DNA from: Neoechinorhynchus agilis | Taxonomy: Eukaryota > Animalia > Acanthocephala | Length of the DNA: 64,000 bases | Direction of reading: 5' to 3' | Assembly: GCA_051530055.1 (NCBI GenBank) | Contig: CM121342.1 | Coordinates: 1,646,797-1,710,796, forward strand | In this document: in pieces, positions 1 to 12,074 of the stretch | Layout of the letters: every line of letters begins with the position of its first letter | Position numbering within the stretch: the stretch's first letter is position 1 | Program-made: the position numbers and the translations under genes | The notes under the pieces: generated by a model | What the model saw: only the letters and a program-made list of their open reading frames with translations | The model's database searches: none | What the model was told of the DNA's origin: nothing

Positions 1-189
1 CTCCAAGAGGGAATGATTTGAACCAATTTAAGAGATAAGATTGAATGACGTGGTCATGGTAACCAACCAAAATCGTAAGCTGGACAGTTCCATTGGAATC
101 CCCAACAATGTATATCTCACTAATGATTCTGTTTCGGTAGAAAGGATACTTTCTTTTAGCAGTTTTGCCACCCCAAATTAAAGTTCACT

Positions 190-420
190 ATTTTATTTCC
201 CCGATACTTTGCCTCTCGGATAATTCCGACATTTCCTCAAGGTTGGCATTGTTAAAGTGCCTTTTTCACACTTAGACCTTAAAGTGCGAAAAAGACACTT
301 AAACACCGACACTCTAAAATCAACAACCGCATTAAATGAACAAATCCGACCCAAATGTACATGGGTCCTGTCCCTTGTTAATGAACAAATAAACGTGATT
401 TAATTCAAAAACTCTACCAT
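190..420 (+). mobile_element. 3' end remnant of a CR1/L2-type LINE (family A)
   Basis: aaatcaacaaccgcatt(a/g)aatgaacaaatc...gacccaaa(t/g)gtacatgg is shared with 8390-8470 and resembles 13500-13600(-) and 40300-40410, where it follows an RT C-terminus. Confidence 0.5.
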
Positions 421-908
421 TTTACTGCCTCGAACATCATAGATGAGCCCTCTGCGGCTCCCCACAGATGGACCACCCATTCCCTGTACGTCTGCCCTTG
501 CATTTGCAGATTGAAAAATCGATACTTAGCGCTGTTGGTTGATTAGGACATTCGTCGAACGATGACATGATTGGACACCGACTTTGATTAATAATGGAAA
601 CGGCGTAACTTAATAATAATATATAATATATTTATTTATCATGGTTTTAGAGCGCAATCGTGACTTATCGAACAGATTAACGGTTTGGTGAGAGAATACC
701 TGTCATGTTGTCCATCGCCCAATTCTGGGTTCACAGAACTTCTTTAACTCTCCGGCCCAGGAAAATAGGAGGGAATCTAGGTGCTGGGTGAAGGCGTCTA
801 TAAAGGAGGCCTTATGTTCGGGGGGGCGACCTCTGGAAAAGAAGACAAGGCCGGGGATACATCAGGTTTTCCAAATAGCTTGCGCTTGTAACGAGTTCAG
901 GCCTAGTT

Positions 909-3200
909 TCATCGCTCGGTTGGCCATTTTTTGCCCACTTTTAGCAACCTTTTCAACTTATTGATATCGGTTCTGGGTGACAGATTGACCGTTAACGTAT
1001 GTCCAAGAATGCGTAATTTTAGTGGAGTATTGGCATTATCCGCTCGCTTCTGATTCAAGGGGTTCATTAGATTGTTAAAAAATGATTTGAGATCCCTTCG
1101 AAGTTTACCTGAGCGAACCTTGAAGATACAGAACGATTTGGAGGGATTGAGGGATAAATTCATACGAGGTAAGACTACATTGAGGTAGTGGATGCACTGC
1201 TCAATCAAACTTTTGAGTTTGAAAGCTCTGTGCGCAGAGAATACGAAAGTTAAGTCATCCGCATAACAGGTTATAGAAACATTACGGGTTTTGAAATTTT
1301 TAACTATATACTGCGAAGCAAGTAGAAACAGGATCGGGGAAAGCGGTGAACCTTGTGGGACACCCGTGGTCATGTAATAGGTTGATTTCGAAGCATCATC
1401 CTCGTAAAAGAAGGACTTGGTAAAAAGAATATTGTGAATTCGGGAGATCAAATTATGAGGGACGCTAAAAAATTCTAATATCTCCATAATAAAAGACAAA
1501 GATATCTTGTCGAACGCTTGAGATAGATCAACAGCCATTATGGCTTTCAAGGGTAGATTGGTGTTAGTGAAGTTATCGTAAATATTGGTTAAAGCAGAGT
1601 GTACGGATTTCCCCTTTTGAAAACCGTGGCAATTAGTCGATATGCAGCTATTTTCTGTTATAAAGGCTCTCAAGCGAAGTGCTAAGGCTCGTTCGTAAAT
1701 GGTTACAAAGGGGTTCTGTAGGGAAATTGGGCGGAGATCCTTAGGCTGAGAGACTGACTTTTTCCCATTTTTAATAAGAAAAATACGCCGAGCCACATTA
1801 ATCTCTCTCCAAGCATAAGGGGAGCAGTTCAGCATTAATTCGGCCAACCTTAGGATGCAGTCCCAGGGAAGTAAAGTAAAGATTTTGGTGCCTGAGCTTG
1901 AGTTGGAGGATGCCAATTTCGGATTGTCGGACCATACTTTTAGGATGTCACTTAATAAAATATCTACACGACCGGCAAAGACCCGTCGAAAGATTGTCAC
2001 GGGTAAAGCATCCTTGACAGAGCCCTCTGAATGAAAAGCAAAAATGGTTCCCAAAATATCGTCTATAGACGTTGATTTTAACCAGCCGGAGATTTTCGAT
2101 TTCCATGGTATGTATCTCTTCCTTTGAAAAGTGTGCCACCAATGTGAGGAAAAGGGTTTCAGGCTATTAAGAAGATTTGCTTTCTGTTGCATCCTCTGTC
2201 GACATTGGGCTGCCCAATAATGACTAGATAAGATTTTCGTGAGAAGTACGTCTCCAGAACGTTTGGCCAGAAAAAGTTGGCGTCTGAGAAAGCGAAGAGA
2301 GCGACTTTCGTAAGGACGAGAGAAAACCTTTACCGTTCGAAACAGAAAGGTATTAGCAACCAAATTGAGGATGTTATTGACAGACGGTAAAATGGATGAC
2401 CGATTAGATTGTAAGGTGCTCGAAGATAGAGCGATTTGGCTGATTAGACGGAAAAAGGCCACGTTGAGTGGAGAAATGTGATATGATTTGCGGAGTGCAT
2501 TCATAGGACCGAATGACCAGATAAGGATATCATGCCCTAGGAGGTCAAAGAGAGACACCTGACGATCGAATTGAATTGAAAAGTTAAGATATCTCTTAAA
2601 GATTATCAGATCTAAGAACGAGTGTGTATTTAATACGAGATTGTGGAAAGACGGAGTATTCGGGAGGGTTAGAGAGTAAAGAAGTTTGACTGCGTTGACA
2701 ATGGCTCTGGACCATTTTAAAGATGGGTCGTTAAAATCCCCCACAACAAGGTCGATATTGGCATTGAGAAGCCATTTGATTTTGTTTTTGATATATGGAC
2801 GATGAATAAAACCCGGTCTGATGTACAAATTAACAATCGAGAGGTACTTCCGATTAAAGAGAAATTTAAAAAGTGAGTACGACATTTCCGGTGAGGTGTA
2901 GGAGGCTATAAGTTGGGGATTTAAGGAGGAATGAAAAATTGAAATAAGACCTTGTGAGGCGGGACTGAATGGGCCAGTAATAAAAGAGGAGAACATTGAA
3001 CAGTTAAGATGAGGTAGATAGTTATAAAGTTGGTGTAGAGTGTGAATACTTTTCGTTTCTTGCAGTAGAATGATGGAAACGCCTGGTGTGAACCGAGCGA
3101 GCCTGGTAAGATTGGCCGCCCCTCCACAATTCCATTGCAGCACCCGGAGACCCCCCACCATTACCTGTGCCTTCGAGTTATCATATTCTGGCGACTTCAT
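909..3200 (-). CDS. LINE ORF2: apurinic-like endonuclease plus reverse transcriptase (763 aa open; continues frameshifted, with stops, to ~640)
   Basis: APE motifs LQWNCGG, LLQETK, VVGDFN, LDLII; RT motifs LRPISL, HGFQKGKS, VDLSQAFDKI, GVPQGSPLSP, YADD, LNPSKS, LRILG. Confidence 0.93.
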   Translation of the reverse strand: MKSPEYDNSKAQVMVGGLRVLQWNCGGAANLTRLARFTPGVSIILLQETKSIHTLHQLYNYLPHLNCSMFSSFITGPFSPASQGLISIFHSSLNPQLIASYTSPEMSYSLFKFLFNRKYLSIVNLYIRPGFIHRPYIKNKIKWLLNANIDLVVGDFNDPSLKWSRAIVNAVKLLYSLTLPNTPSFHNLVLNTHSFLDLIIFKRYLNFSIQFDRQVSLFDLLGHDILIWSFGPMNALRKSYHISPLNVAFFRLISQIALSSSTLQSNRSSILPSVNNILNLVANTFLFRTVKVFSRPYESRSLRFLRRQLFLAKRSGDVLLTKILSSHYWAAQCRQRMQQKANLLNSLKPFSSHWWHTFQRKRYIPWKSKISGWLKSTSIDDILGTIFAFHSEGSVKDALPVTIFRRVFAGRVDILLSDILKVWSDNPKLASSNSSSGTKIFTLLPWDCILRLAELMLNCSPYAWREINVARRIFLIKNGKKSVSQPKDLRPISLQNPFVTIYERALALRLRAFITENSCISTNCHGFQKGKSVHSALTNIYDNFTNTNLPLKAIMAVDLSQAFDKISLSFIMEILEFFSVPHNLISRIHNILFTKSFFYEDDASKSTYYMTTGVPQGSPLSPILFLLASQYIVKNFKTRNVSITCYADDLTFVFSAHRAFKLKSLIEQCIHYLNVVLPRMNLSLNPSKSFCIFKVRSGKLRRDLKSFFNNLMNPLNQKRADNANTPLKLRILGHTLTVNLSPRTDINKLKRLLKVGKKWPTER

Positions 3201-4688
3201 CTGATATTAGGGCCGCAGTTCCGTTGTTAATGAGCGAGGATTGAGTGTTAATGATCTTGTTAACATATTCAGAGTCGGTTTCTTCGACTTCCATGACGAC
3301 GTCCTCGATATCTGAGTGGTTTATACTAGAATCGACATTGAGTTTCTTGGCCCCATGAGAGTTTTTTCCGTCGCATTCGCTCTTTTTAGCTTTGCACCAC
3401 GTTGACTAGGTAAACTCGATGAAATCAAATCAGGAAGATCGACCAAGTTCCCAATGAGTGTACTCAGCTTCCTCTCAAAAGCCACGATGGTCTCAGTGAA
3501 GCGCGCCTGCATGACCGTTAGAAGTTTGTTACAAGACTCCTCTAAACGTTCCTCCAGAATTTCCATGGTAACCAACTGCGACGGAGGTAAGCGATGCGAG
3601 TCTTTAGAGTCCGAGCTCTTCAAGATCGTTGTATCTTTTGAAAGGGTGGTTGCTCTATGAAGAGGCACTGCGAACGAGTTTGCTGCGACAGCCGGTCTCC
3701 ACCCGGCGCTATCGCTTTTTTAGCAAAGGGCTGCCCGTTTTGAGCCCAATTCCAATACTTCTTGAATTCAGGACATCCTTTGTAAAATACAGTGTTGTCC
3801 ATTGCAATTGACACATCTTTTGATTGACTTGTTTGGGCAATTTTGAGCAGAATGACCTGTCTCAGCACAGTGAACACATTTCGGGGAATCCGGATTGGGG
3901 CAATGTTGAACCCAGTGTCCCCATTTGTGGCAAAGGTTGCAGTGAGGAAAAATATAGTCATCTTGATGGCTTCCCGATTTCTGTGTAAATCGAATCGCAA
4001 AACAATTAAAGGCACAGTGCATTTTTTTACAGAGGTCATCCCTAACTTGCCTGGATCCTTCCACCATCGCTATCGAGATAGGAGTGCCAGACCTTCGGGA
4101 GTTGAGGAAAAATTTTATCTTCACGTTGAAAAGTTTTTCGAACTCTACTTTGTCTTCAGCAGCTAAATTGGGCTGTAGACCGTTAGCCATGAACTGTACC
4201 CTTTGAGTAATCTCTTCCACCGAGAAGACATCCCTGGGAAGCTTGGATTTAACAAAGTCCTTCAAGTTGGATAACCAAATACTGTCCGTTAGGTACACTC
4301 TCAGAATACCTCCGAAATAAGTAATACGATCAATTCGTTTAACTCCATCGTTATGGAATGAGCGCGTCCACGGAGCAACGCTTTGGTTGTAGATTACGTC
4401 CTTAGGCATAATCGGATTTGACTTGATTGTGAGTATATACGGCCATCTCTTGACCGGAAGGGCTAGGTACTCGCGTTGAGTTTTGAATGAAGATGTCAGC
4501 TGTTGGGGGATTTCATCAGAAAGGGACCCTTCCAACAGGAACTGAGAAGTGGGATTCGATCCTGAATCAGCGATTGATGGCTGTTTGTCGCGCGAAGTGG
4601 GTGGCCGTTTGCCACCCTCCGCCAAAACATTGGTGCGCATTTTTTTTGTAGTTTGTTGTAACTTCAACACACCCTGTTCGTCGTACAT
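3181..4688 (-). pseudogene. LINE ORF1 (gag-like, three zinc knuckles), broken by frameshifts
   Basis: CNLCHKWGHWVQHC and CVHCAETGHSAQNC (CX2CX4HX4C), then CVNCNGQH/TVFYKGCP across a frameshift; pieces in ORFs 3768-4688, 3620-4039 and 3321-3668; end overlaps the ORF2 start. Confidence 0.85.
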
Positions 4689-5049
4689 GCACGAAAATAT
4701 CGATTAGCCCATTGCGGGCTATTGATTAAGAACGACAGGATACACCCGACAGGATACATCGAATGGGACGCTTTCGTTTTTTCTAATTCATTACGAAGAT
4801 GGGATCGTTTTTTCAAGCCTCGTGATTGAATAAGCAGTCCAGAGGTTTTTATGAAACAATTGAATAACTATTTTCTGTGGTTCTGCGCATAATTTCAAAC
4901 AGAGCGAATGCATAAAGATTAAAAGAATTTATTGATTCCAATATTTCGGCACAATATTGTGCATCTATCGAGGTCTAAAAACACACAGGGGATGGTTTCA
5001 TTCACACCGTACTTAGATTTAGTTTGATGTCCGCCTTATTTCCTTCAAC

Positions 5050-5640
5050 TGTTTCAACCTGGCGAATAAATAATGCCTATATTATAAAGCTATCCCGAGC
5101 CAATACAAAGGGCCTTCATAGATGCGCCATTCGTCGATGATGAGCTGTTCACTACAATTAATAATCTGATAGTTCAAAGACATCGAGTGTCATATCTACA
5201 CCAAGAAAGCTAAGCAATTAAACTCCATGGTGAAGAAACGCGAAGAACATCAAGGCAAAGGAGTGGTGTACAAAATTCCTTGCACCGAATGTATTAAATC
5301 CTAATTTGGAAAGAACCAAAGAACACAAATGTGCTCTGAGGAGAGGCACCGATGCCAGTTCCGCGATACTTAACCACTTTTGAGCAACAAGATCACGTCG
5401 TGGATATCGACAGGCTCATAGAAAATGCGCACGATTGTGTGGCTTCGGAACCAATCGGAGATTTTAATGTCATTTTAATTTCTCTACGCACTCAAACGAC
5501 TAACTTTATGATGGTTCCAATTACAAAATTGTCTAACGTTCACGTTTAATCATCTATGGCCAATCACATGGTGAATTGCGAAAATCAAATTGATTTTGAT
5601 GACGTGAATGTGATAAGCGTATGGAACGCACTTCTTGGGA
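5050..5640 (+). mobile_element. Penelope-like element fragment (GIY-YIG endonuclease, degenerate)
   Basis: Translates KGVVYKIPCTECIKS*FG and later SSMANHMVNCENQIDFDDVNVI. Confidence 0.7.
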
Positions 5641-5699
5641 TTATTGAAAATAGATGGGAAGGAAAAAGTTGATTCCTGCAAAACATTAGAGGACCTAAG

Positions 5700-6600
5700 G
5701 TGGTAGATTGTTAAAGACGGCGGGAAAGTGTTTTGTCAAGGTAGTGATCGGACAGCATCAAAAAGACATGGAAGGAATTGTGGTAGTGGGTTGGAAGTAT
5801 AATCTTTTTGGTTGTCCATGAACGAGAACATTTAAAATGCGATGGCCAGAAAATGTTTGCTATAGTGTGACATGTTCCACGGGAATAGTCAACGAGGGAT
5901 GAAAATCTATCGCTTCCGGATTTGTTTGAGAAACATCAATCTGTTTTCGAGAAATCAATCACTCCCTTTATCCAAGATGTTATAACAGTAGACGAATTCC
6001 TCTCGCATGAAAAGAAAAAGTTGAACAGGAAAAACAACGACAAGTTGAGGCGAACGTCAGTGGTAACGTACAGAGGATATTTTCGATTCAAGCGGCAGCC
6101 TTTCTGAATCTGCTCGGTCTCAGCCATTTTCCAACAATATATGGATGATCTGCTTAATGAAATTCCTGGAGTCACAGTATATCTGGACGATGTCCTCATC
6201 ACTGGAAAACACAAGATGGAGATAATATATCGAGTTGGATTGCGATTAAATCGTGCCAAGTGCGTAGTACGGCTCTGTCTAACATTTAAAGGTCTCCTTT
6301 CAGAATTAAGTATCCGTACTCAGCTTCTATTACTGTTGTCGCTGTACAGAGCAAATTTCCATTCGGCCAAGTATTAATGGAATCGCCATGCTGCGAACAT
6401 TATGGCTAACCCTTCTTATTCCCACTTGAGGATAATTCTTTTCTGGTCTTTTTAGGTGTCTGGATGCATATGCCACTGGAGTTTGCTCAAGTTTTTAAGA
6501 CCTTCAATCTGGACAAAGAAACCCTGTTGTGGTGCGATGTGAGTGAGAAAGGTCTTGGGCGGTCCTCATGTAGGATTTCGCTGGCCCCGTAAACGCTTAC
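5700..6600 (+). mobile_element. Ty3/Gypsy pol remnant (RT and RNase H fragments)
   Basis: GYFRFKRQPF*ICSVSAIFQQYMDDLLNEIPGVTVYLDDVLITG...GLRLNRAKC; RNase H-like CDVSEKGLG at ~6535-6560. Confidence 0.8.
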
Positions 6601-6655
6601 AAGCAATTACTGATTTATTTTTCGATCGTGATAATCACGGAAATCACTATCATCA

Positions 6656-7090
6656 TCAGCGATTGCCATTAACCCAGTCATGATAACCCTGTAGATTAAT
6701 GACAACTGGAGCCCTTCTCTTAGGTTCATTTTTCTGTTGGTTAGAGTGCTGAATCAGAGGTGGTTTTTGGGTAGGTTGTTGACTTGGTTCAACGGAATAT
6801 TGTCTTGGGGGTAATTGAACTGATTGTTGGACTGGTGGAACAAATAGATATATAACTTCAGCGGTTTGTTGATTTGCACTTGGAAGTGGTTTTTTGCATC
6901 TTGAACACGTGGTTGAACATTGGCATTGGCCAGTTGGCGGTAGTTGTGTCTTTTCGAAAGCTTCCAAATTATGAAAGCAATCAGTATGACAGCAGGTACT
7001 CGGTTGTGGTACGTAGTGCGGGCATGAGTTGTGTCCACAACCGGCGGCGGCGGCGGTGTACATTGGAACAGGTTCCAAAATCGATCCCAT
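6656..7090 (-). CDS. Putative orphan Cys/Pro/Gln-rich protein or exon (144 aa)
   Basis: Open frame with clustered Cys/His (GCGHNSCPH, CCHTDCFH, CQCSTTCSRCK) and a P/Q-rich tail; no family recognised. Confidence 0.4.
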   Translation of the reverse strand: MGSILEPVPMYTAAAAGCGHNSCPHYVPQPSTCCHTDCFHNLEAFEKTQLPPTGQCQCSTTCSRCKKPLPSANQQTAEVIYLFVPPVQQSVQLPPRQYSVEPSQQPTQKPPLIQHSNQQKNEPKRRAPVVINLQGYHDWVNGNR

Positions 7091-7566
7091 TCACGCAAAG
7101 TCAAACGAGATTGAGAGTTGTACACGTTCTTAAGGTAATGCATCACGGTTATTATTTTGTTTGTCAATTGTGAACACTCAGATCGTTAGTAAAATTGGCT
7201 GTATTATATACATCTTAAACACTGACGAAAGCTAACGTACATTAGGAACTCTAATAAAGACTCGCAACCTCGTGTAAGGTTCCAATTTCTGAAAAGATTT
7301 ATGACTTACCAAATTGTCTTTGTTCGACAATTGTTTTTGACCGCTTTATTGTGTTCGATCAAATGGATTCCAAGGCGGAAAGCACATCCTATATGTACCG
7401 ATATTCACTTCGTTCACACGAAAGGAAAGTGGAACCAACGAATAAGCTGTGCCATTGAGTCGACTGATTTAAATAATCCAGGTCAGCAATTGGTTGTTTA
7501 TGCTAATTCAAACGCGGATGTTAAAAGTGCTAGTGAACATATCATAAAGCTACAATCGAAATTCGC

Positions 7567-8139
7567 TCAACTAAAATTCATAACGTTAAACATCCAAAGA
7601 GCTTTATCAGAAGACAACATATTAGGCAAGTGGTTCAAATGGAATTTCGACGCTTCGTCGAAATTTGCATAGAGAAAACGAACATTTTCAGTATGATCTC
7701 GTGGACTGTAAATTTCGTTTGCCCATACGCCCATATGAGCGATGCTTTTCGATCTAAAATTATTTACGAAAATGGAGGAGCTACCCCGAGGTATAAAACG
7801 GGCCGAGTTTGTACATTCCGTAGTTGTGCCGAGGATCTCAAATGGAATTGAGCCCTGAATACCTGTTTCAGGGTCAAAGGTTTCAAAATCCACAATCGTC
7901 GATGACGCATAAACAAAGTGGACGAAATCCCCGTGTTGAAGGAATCAAACTCACTGATGAGTCCCGCTTCCTTGGGAGGTATCTGAGGATCCGGAGGGAT
8001 GTACAAACTCATAAACGTATGGTTCGTTGATATCAAGTGAGTTTATGCACTTATCTCGTCCAAGATATCGGTTGGCTGTGTGCCCAAGGAAAATGATCAA
8101 TGTGAGGCCACACAAAGATGCTAATAAAATTTTCATCAA
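7567..8139 (-). CDS. Possible spliced gene for a secreted protein (5' exons), perhaps joined to 6656-7090
   Basis: Signal-peptide-like MMKILLASLCGLTLIIFLG; GTGAGT donor at ~7954; plausible downstream GT-AG introns link three open frames. Confidence 0.3.
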
Positions 8140-8480
8140 ACAATCAAAACGCCTCTTAATCCTACCACCAGAATTTTACCACATTTTATTCCCTTTTCAC
8201 ATAAGCACAAAACTCGTATTACCTACGTTCCTATTTCTAAACTGTCAAATCTTCCTGGATATCACTACCCGAAATGAACCAGGGGAAAGGCCCAATCTCA
8301 CAAACTCTCCCGCAACCAATAACCACTAATCTCCACCCAAACGGACTTCCTCCGGAGGGATATTCTCAGCCGATCGAACCCGTAATCCAGTCCAAAATCA
8401 ACAACCGCATTGAATGAACAAATCGGAACTCGAGTGCTTACGAGGACCCAAAGGTACATGGCCCTGATCTTTGTATATTT
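8140..8480 (+). mobile_element. 3' fragment of a CR1/L2-type LINE (family A)
   Basis: Similar to 40150-40410 and to the reverse complement of 13500-13700. Confidence 0.6.
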
Positions 8481-8949
8481 TTTTAACAACAAACGTGTAA
8501 TTTTTTAATCTGAAAGGTACCCGATTTGAGGATCGGATTAATACTATTGCTAATTTCGAACATAATTAATGTTTTAAGATTGAACTATTCTGATGTTTGT
8601 TGATGGAGTAAAATTAAAGGAATTTAAGTTTTGTTGCTGCTTCAACAAACTTGCGAGCAACCATTCGAATTTAATCAATTCCTTCAATTTTTACACCATA
8701 AACAAGCAGCATAATTAATGGTGCTGAGATTCAAAATACCGGTTTTTTTACCCTACTTTTGCGATGTATACTGACATCGATAAAGTAAAAACAAAAAATC
8801 AAAAATCGTCGTGTTTAGCCTTCGCATTCTTCTGAACGAATGCGAAAGAGAGAAAGCACATCGATGCGAGAAAGTCACTTTGAAATTTAGGTTCTGCGGA
8901 TCTTGTGCGTTGCGCGACAGCGTTTTGTACTGTTGTTTCTTAGAGATTA

Positions 8950-9233
8950 ATCGATTTTTAATTTCTCACACCGTTTTTGATCGCTGTTTTTTTTGTTAAA
9001 AGCTCTATTTGAATATCGTTTGATAACGCCGGAGATTTTCTTATTTGAAAAGTCACGATTCGTATTTTGCCATTCTGCCAACTCTGAGAAATCGATCATT
9101 TTTTAATTTCTCACACCGTTCTTGATCGCTGTTTTGTTAAAAGCTCTATTTGAATATCGTTTGATAACGCCAGAGATTTTCTTATTTGAAAAGTCACGAT
9201 TCGTATTTTGTTATTCTGCCAACTCTGAGAAAA
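8950..9233. repeat. Tandem duplication, two copies of ~142 bp
   Basis: ttttaatttctcacaccgtt...gaaaagtcacgattcgtatttt...ctgccaactctgagaaa occurs twice, nearly identical, ~300 bp upstream of hexokinase. Confidence 0.92.
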
Positions 9234-9533
9234 TGCCTAATTTTTGTCACGGTTAGATTATCGATTACCGGATAATTATCTTTAGACCCATAAACCCATT
9301 TATCACAGCGTATATCCGATTTCCTTGCACGTGTGGAGAGACGTCTTTAGTAGACAAAACCCCATGACGAATCCGTTTTTGTGTGCTCGGGAACGAGAAA
9401 TAGAACGCTTTAGCGCACCTCTCATCTTTGTCTCTATATCCACAATGTTTCGTACTCACTAACACATCACTGGGCAGTTTTCTTCGCTCATTCACGAATC
9501 CTGATTGTAGTATTCCTTCAAGTTTTTTTAGAA

Positions 9534-11392
9534 ATGTCACCGTATGTGTTAACGTTCAAATTCGATATGAATTTCTGGCTCCGTTGTGGAGCTTTCGGAG
9601 GTGCAGTGATCGGTTCTTTGGGACTGGCTTATTTATTGGGAATGAGGACAACGTTACGGCCACACCGTGACAGAATAAGGGAAACCAAAGACAATGAAGC
9701 TATCGAAGAGTTCGTCGGGAAACTACGACTCAGTGATGAAGTATTACGAGAAGTTATGCGGGTCGTTAATGATGAAATCTCAAAAGCACTCGATCCCCAA
9801 CCAGACCAAACAAGCGAACTAAAAATGGTCAATACTCACATCTACGATATACCAACTGTTAAATCAACATTTCGTGGAAAATTTCTTGTCGTGGATTTAG
9901 GCGGAACGAATTTTAGGATTGCTGAGATCGATTTCCACGATGATCGAACTGTTGATGAACGCACTAAAGTATTCATGATTCCGGATCGCCTCTTAACGGA
10001 TGATGGGCAAAAGCTTTTTGATCATGTCGCTACTTGTCTAGGAAGCTTTCTTCGTGTTCGGAATTTAGCTTACAGGAAATCTAAACTACCGCTAGCTTTT
10101 TGTTTTTCGTTTCCTTGCTCTTACACGGATGTCAGACACGCAACACTTATCCATTGGGCAAAAGGTTTTAATTGTAAGAAGACCGTTGGAGAGGAAGTCG
10201 GCCAAATGTTGCAAAACGCAATGGACAACCAAAAGGTTTGTGTTTTTTTTTCAATCGTAATGAAATTACTTAAGATTTTAACCGTAAACCCTTTAAAGTA
10301 ATTTCCATTTTTTGTTCACAATTTCGGCTGTATAAACCTTATTTTTTATGGACAATTTAACGCCTAACTCGTTTAATGCGCATTTTTATAGGAAACCCGA
10401 GCTGAAGTAAAAGCCGTTATCAACGATACCGTTGGATGTTTAACTACAACATGCTATAGAGAAAAAGAGTGCAAAATCGGTGCAATTTTTGGCAGTGGAA
10501 CGAATGCGTGCTATATTGAAGAAGTTAAAAACGTCGCATTCCTTCGCGAACGGGTACCACATAAAAATGTTGTGTTAAATGTTGAATGGGGTGCTCTCGG
10601 CGATCAAGGAAGTCTCGAGTTTATCAGGACAAACTATGATGATGAAATCGACGCAGTGTCTAAAAACCCAAAAGTACAAACTTTTGAAAAAATGACTTCA
10701 AGAATGTACCTTGGAGAAATCGCTTGGCAAATCATGCAAAAATTGATCGATAACGATTTGCTTTTCCGTGGGATTTTGACAAGGAGTCAGAGATCTAGTG
10801 GTTATTTACCTTCTCTTGTCAGTAGTGGAATATTGAACACTAACAAAATGCAGGAGATTGAAATGGATGAAGGTTAGTGTAGTTTTAATGGTTCAAAAAA
10901 TAAGTTAAAGTATTGTGTTCCAAAAGGCGTGAACTTTAAACGAACTCAACAGTTATTGGCTGAAATCGGATTAAAAGATGCGCGTTATGAAGATTGTGCC
11001 ATCGTCAAATACGTTTGTGATCTCGTGTCGACGCGATCAGCTCAATTGAGTGGAACACGTGAGTTTTTCAACCTATTTGAAATTAGCCCAATCGCTATTA
11101 TGCAGTTCTTGCAACTTTAATAAATCGATTACAGAGACGAAATGTCACTATTGGTGTCGATGGAAGTATGTTTAGACATCATCCACGATTTCACAAGACC
11201 ATGGAAGCCACTGTTTCAAGATTAGTTGATCGGGACATAACGGTGAGTTACCACGAAACTGACGTGTCAATGAGTCTTTTTCTCCTGCTTTAGTATAAAA
11301 TTGTATTGAATGCCGAAGGAAGTGCAAAAGGAGCTGCAATGGTCGCGGCAATGCAACGGGAATCCGAGGTTATCACTAATGGAACTGCCTAG
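9534..11392 (+). CDS. HK: Hexokinase, single ~50 kDa domain; 5 exons (GT-AG introns ~10236-10391, ~10872-10926, ~11059-11105, ~11243-11292)
   Basis: VVDLGGTNFR, FSFPC, KGF, INDTVG, GSGTNACY, NVEWG, FEKM, VTIGVDGS, KGAAMVAA; TAG stop at 11390-11392. Confidence 0.95.
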
Positions 11393-12074
11393 GAACCCAT
11401 TATCTTGTTCCAAATGTGCTTGTAATGAAGGATTAGCCTTCTTCGTTTAGATGGTTCATTAAATGGCAGGTCTTCTGAGCTGGCTTTGCTTTTCGTTACA
11501 TAACAAGAATCAGATTTGCACGAGATTAGCATACATCAGTGCGATGGAATACATAAACAATGTTTTTGCGTCAAATTAGACCGCTTGATAGAACGCCATG
11601 AACCCGTTCCATTGCATCTTTCTACTTTGCATCAAAATGATTACTCAGTACTCGGTTTTGATGAATCTGAGTATTCGGAGCATAATAAAGCGTTATCCCC
11701 AATTTTAGACAAATGTTGTTCGAGCCAAGCTGTCTAATGAACGTTGTATCCTTCGTCGCATCTGGGAAGTATCTCTAATGTTGCGAAAGCTTTCAGGGGA
11801 ACGATTTTTCCTATAAATTAGTGCAAAACCATCCAATTGAAGGAGACGATGCTCATCCTAAACAAAGTGACAATTCGTGCATTTGAGCGGCGTTCATTTG
11901 TGGTCGCGTTGGAAAATTGATCATTTCGTAGCTGGACAACAAGATAAAGAGCTTTAAATGGTTCCGATTTTTTAAAAATTCGATGATCATTTCCATTTAA
12001 TCACGCTTAATTCCCATCGTACGCTGAACGTCGTTTAATTCTCTCTCTCAAATATAGTGAATCAACGTTACATG

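Larger units (their letters stand above)
612..4790 (-). mobile_element. Near full-length non-LTR retrotransposon (family B; gag-like ORF1 plus APE-RT ORF2, I/Jockey/Tad-type architecture)
   Basis: ORF1 has CCHC knuckles and ORF2 has APE and RT motifs; AT-rich (TAT/TTA)n tail at ~612-640; 5' boundary approximate, no TSD found. Confidence 0.9.

Noticed and set aside
7945-7992. Hammerhead-like CTGATGAGTCCC...GGGA
   Set aside because: It lacks the GAAA core segment; likely chance
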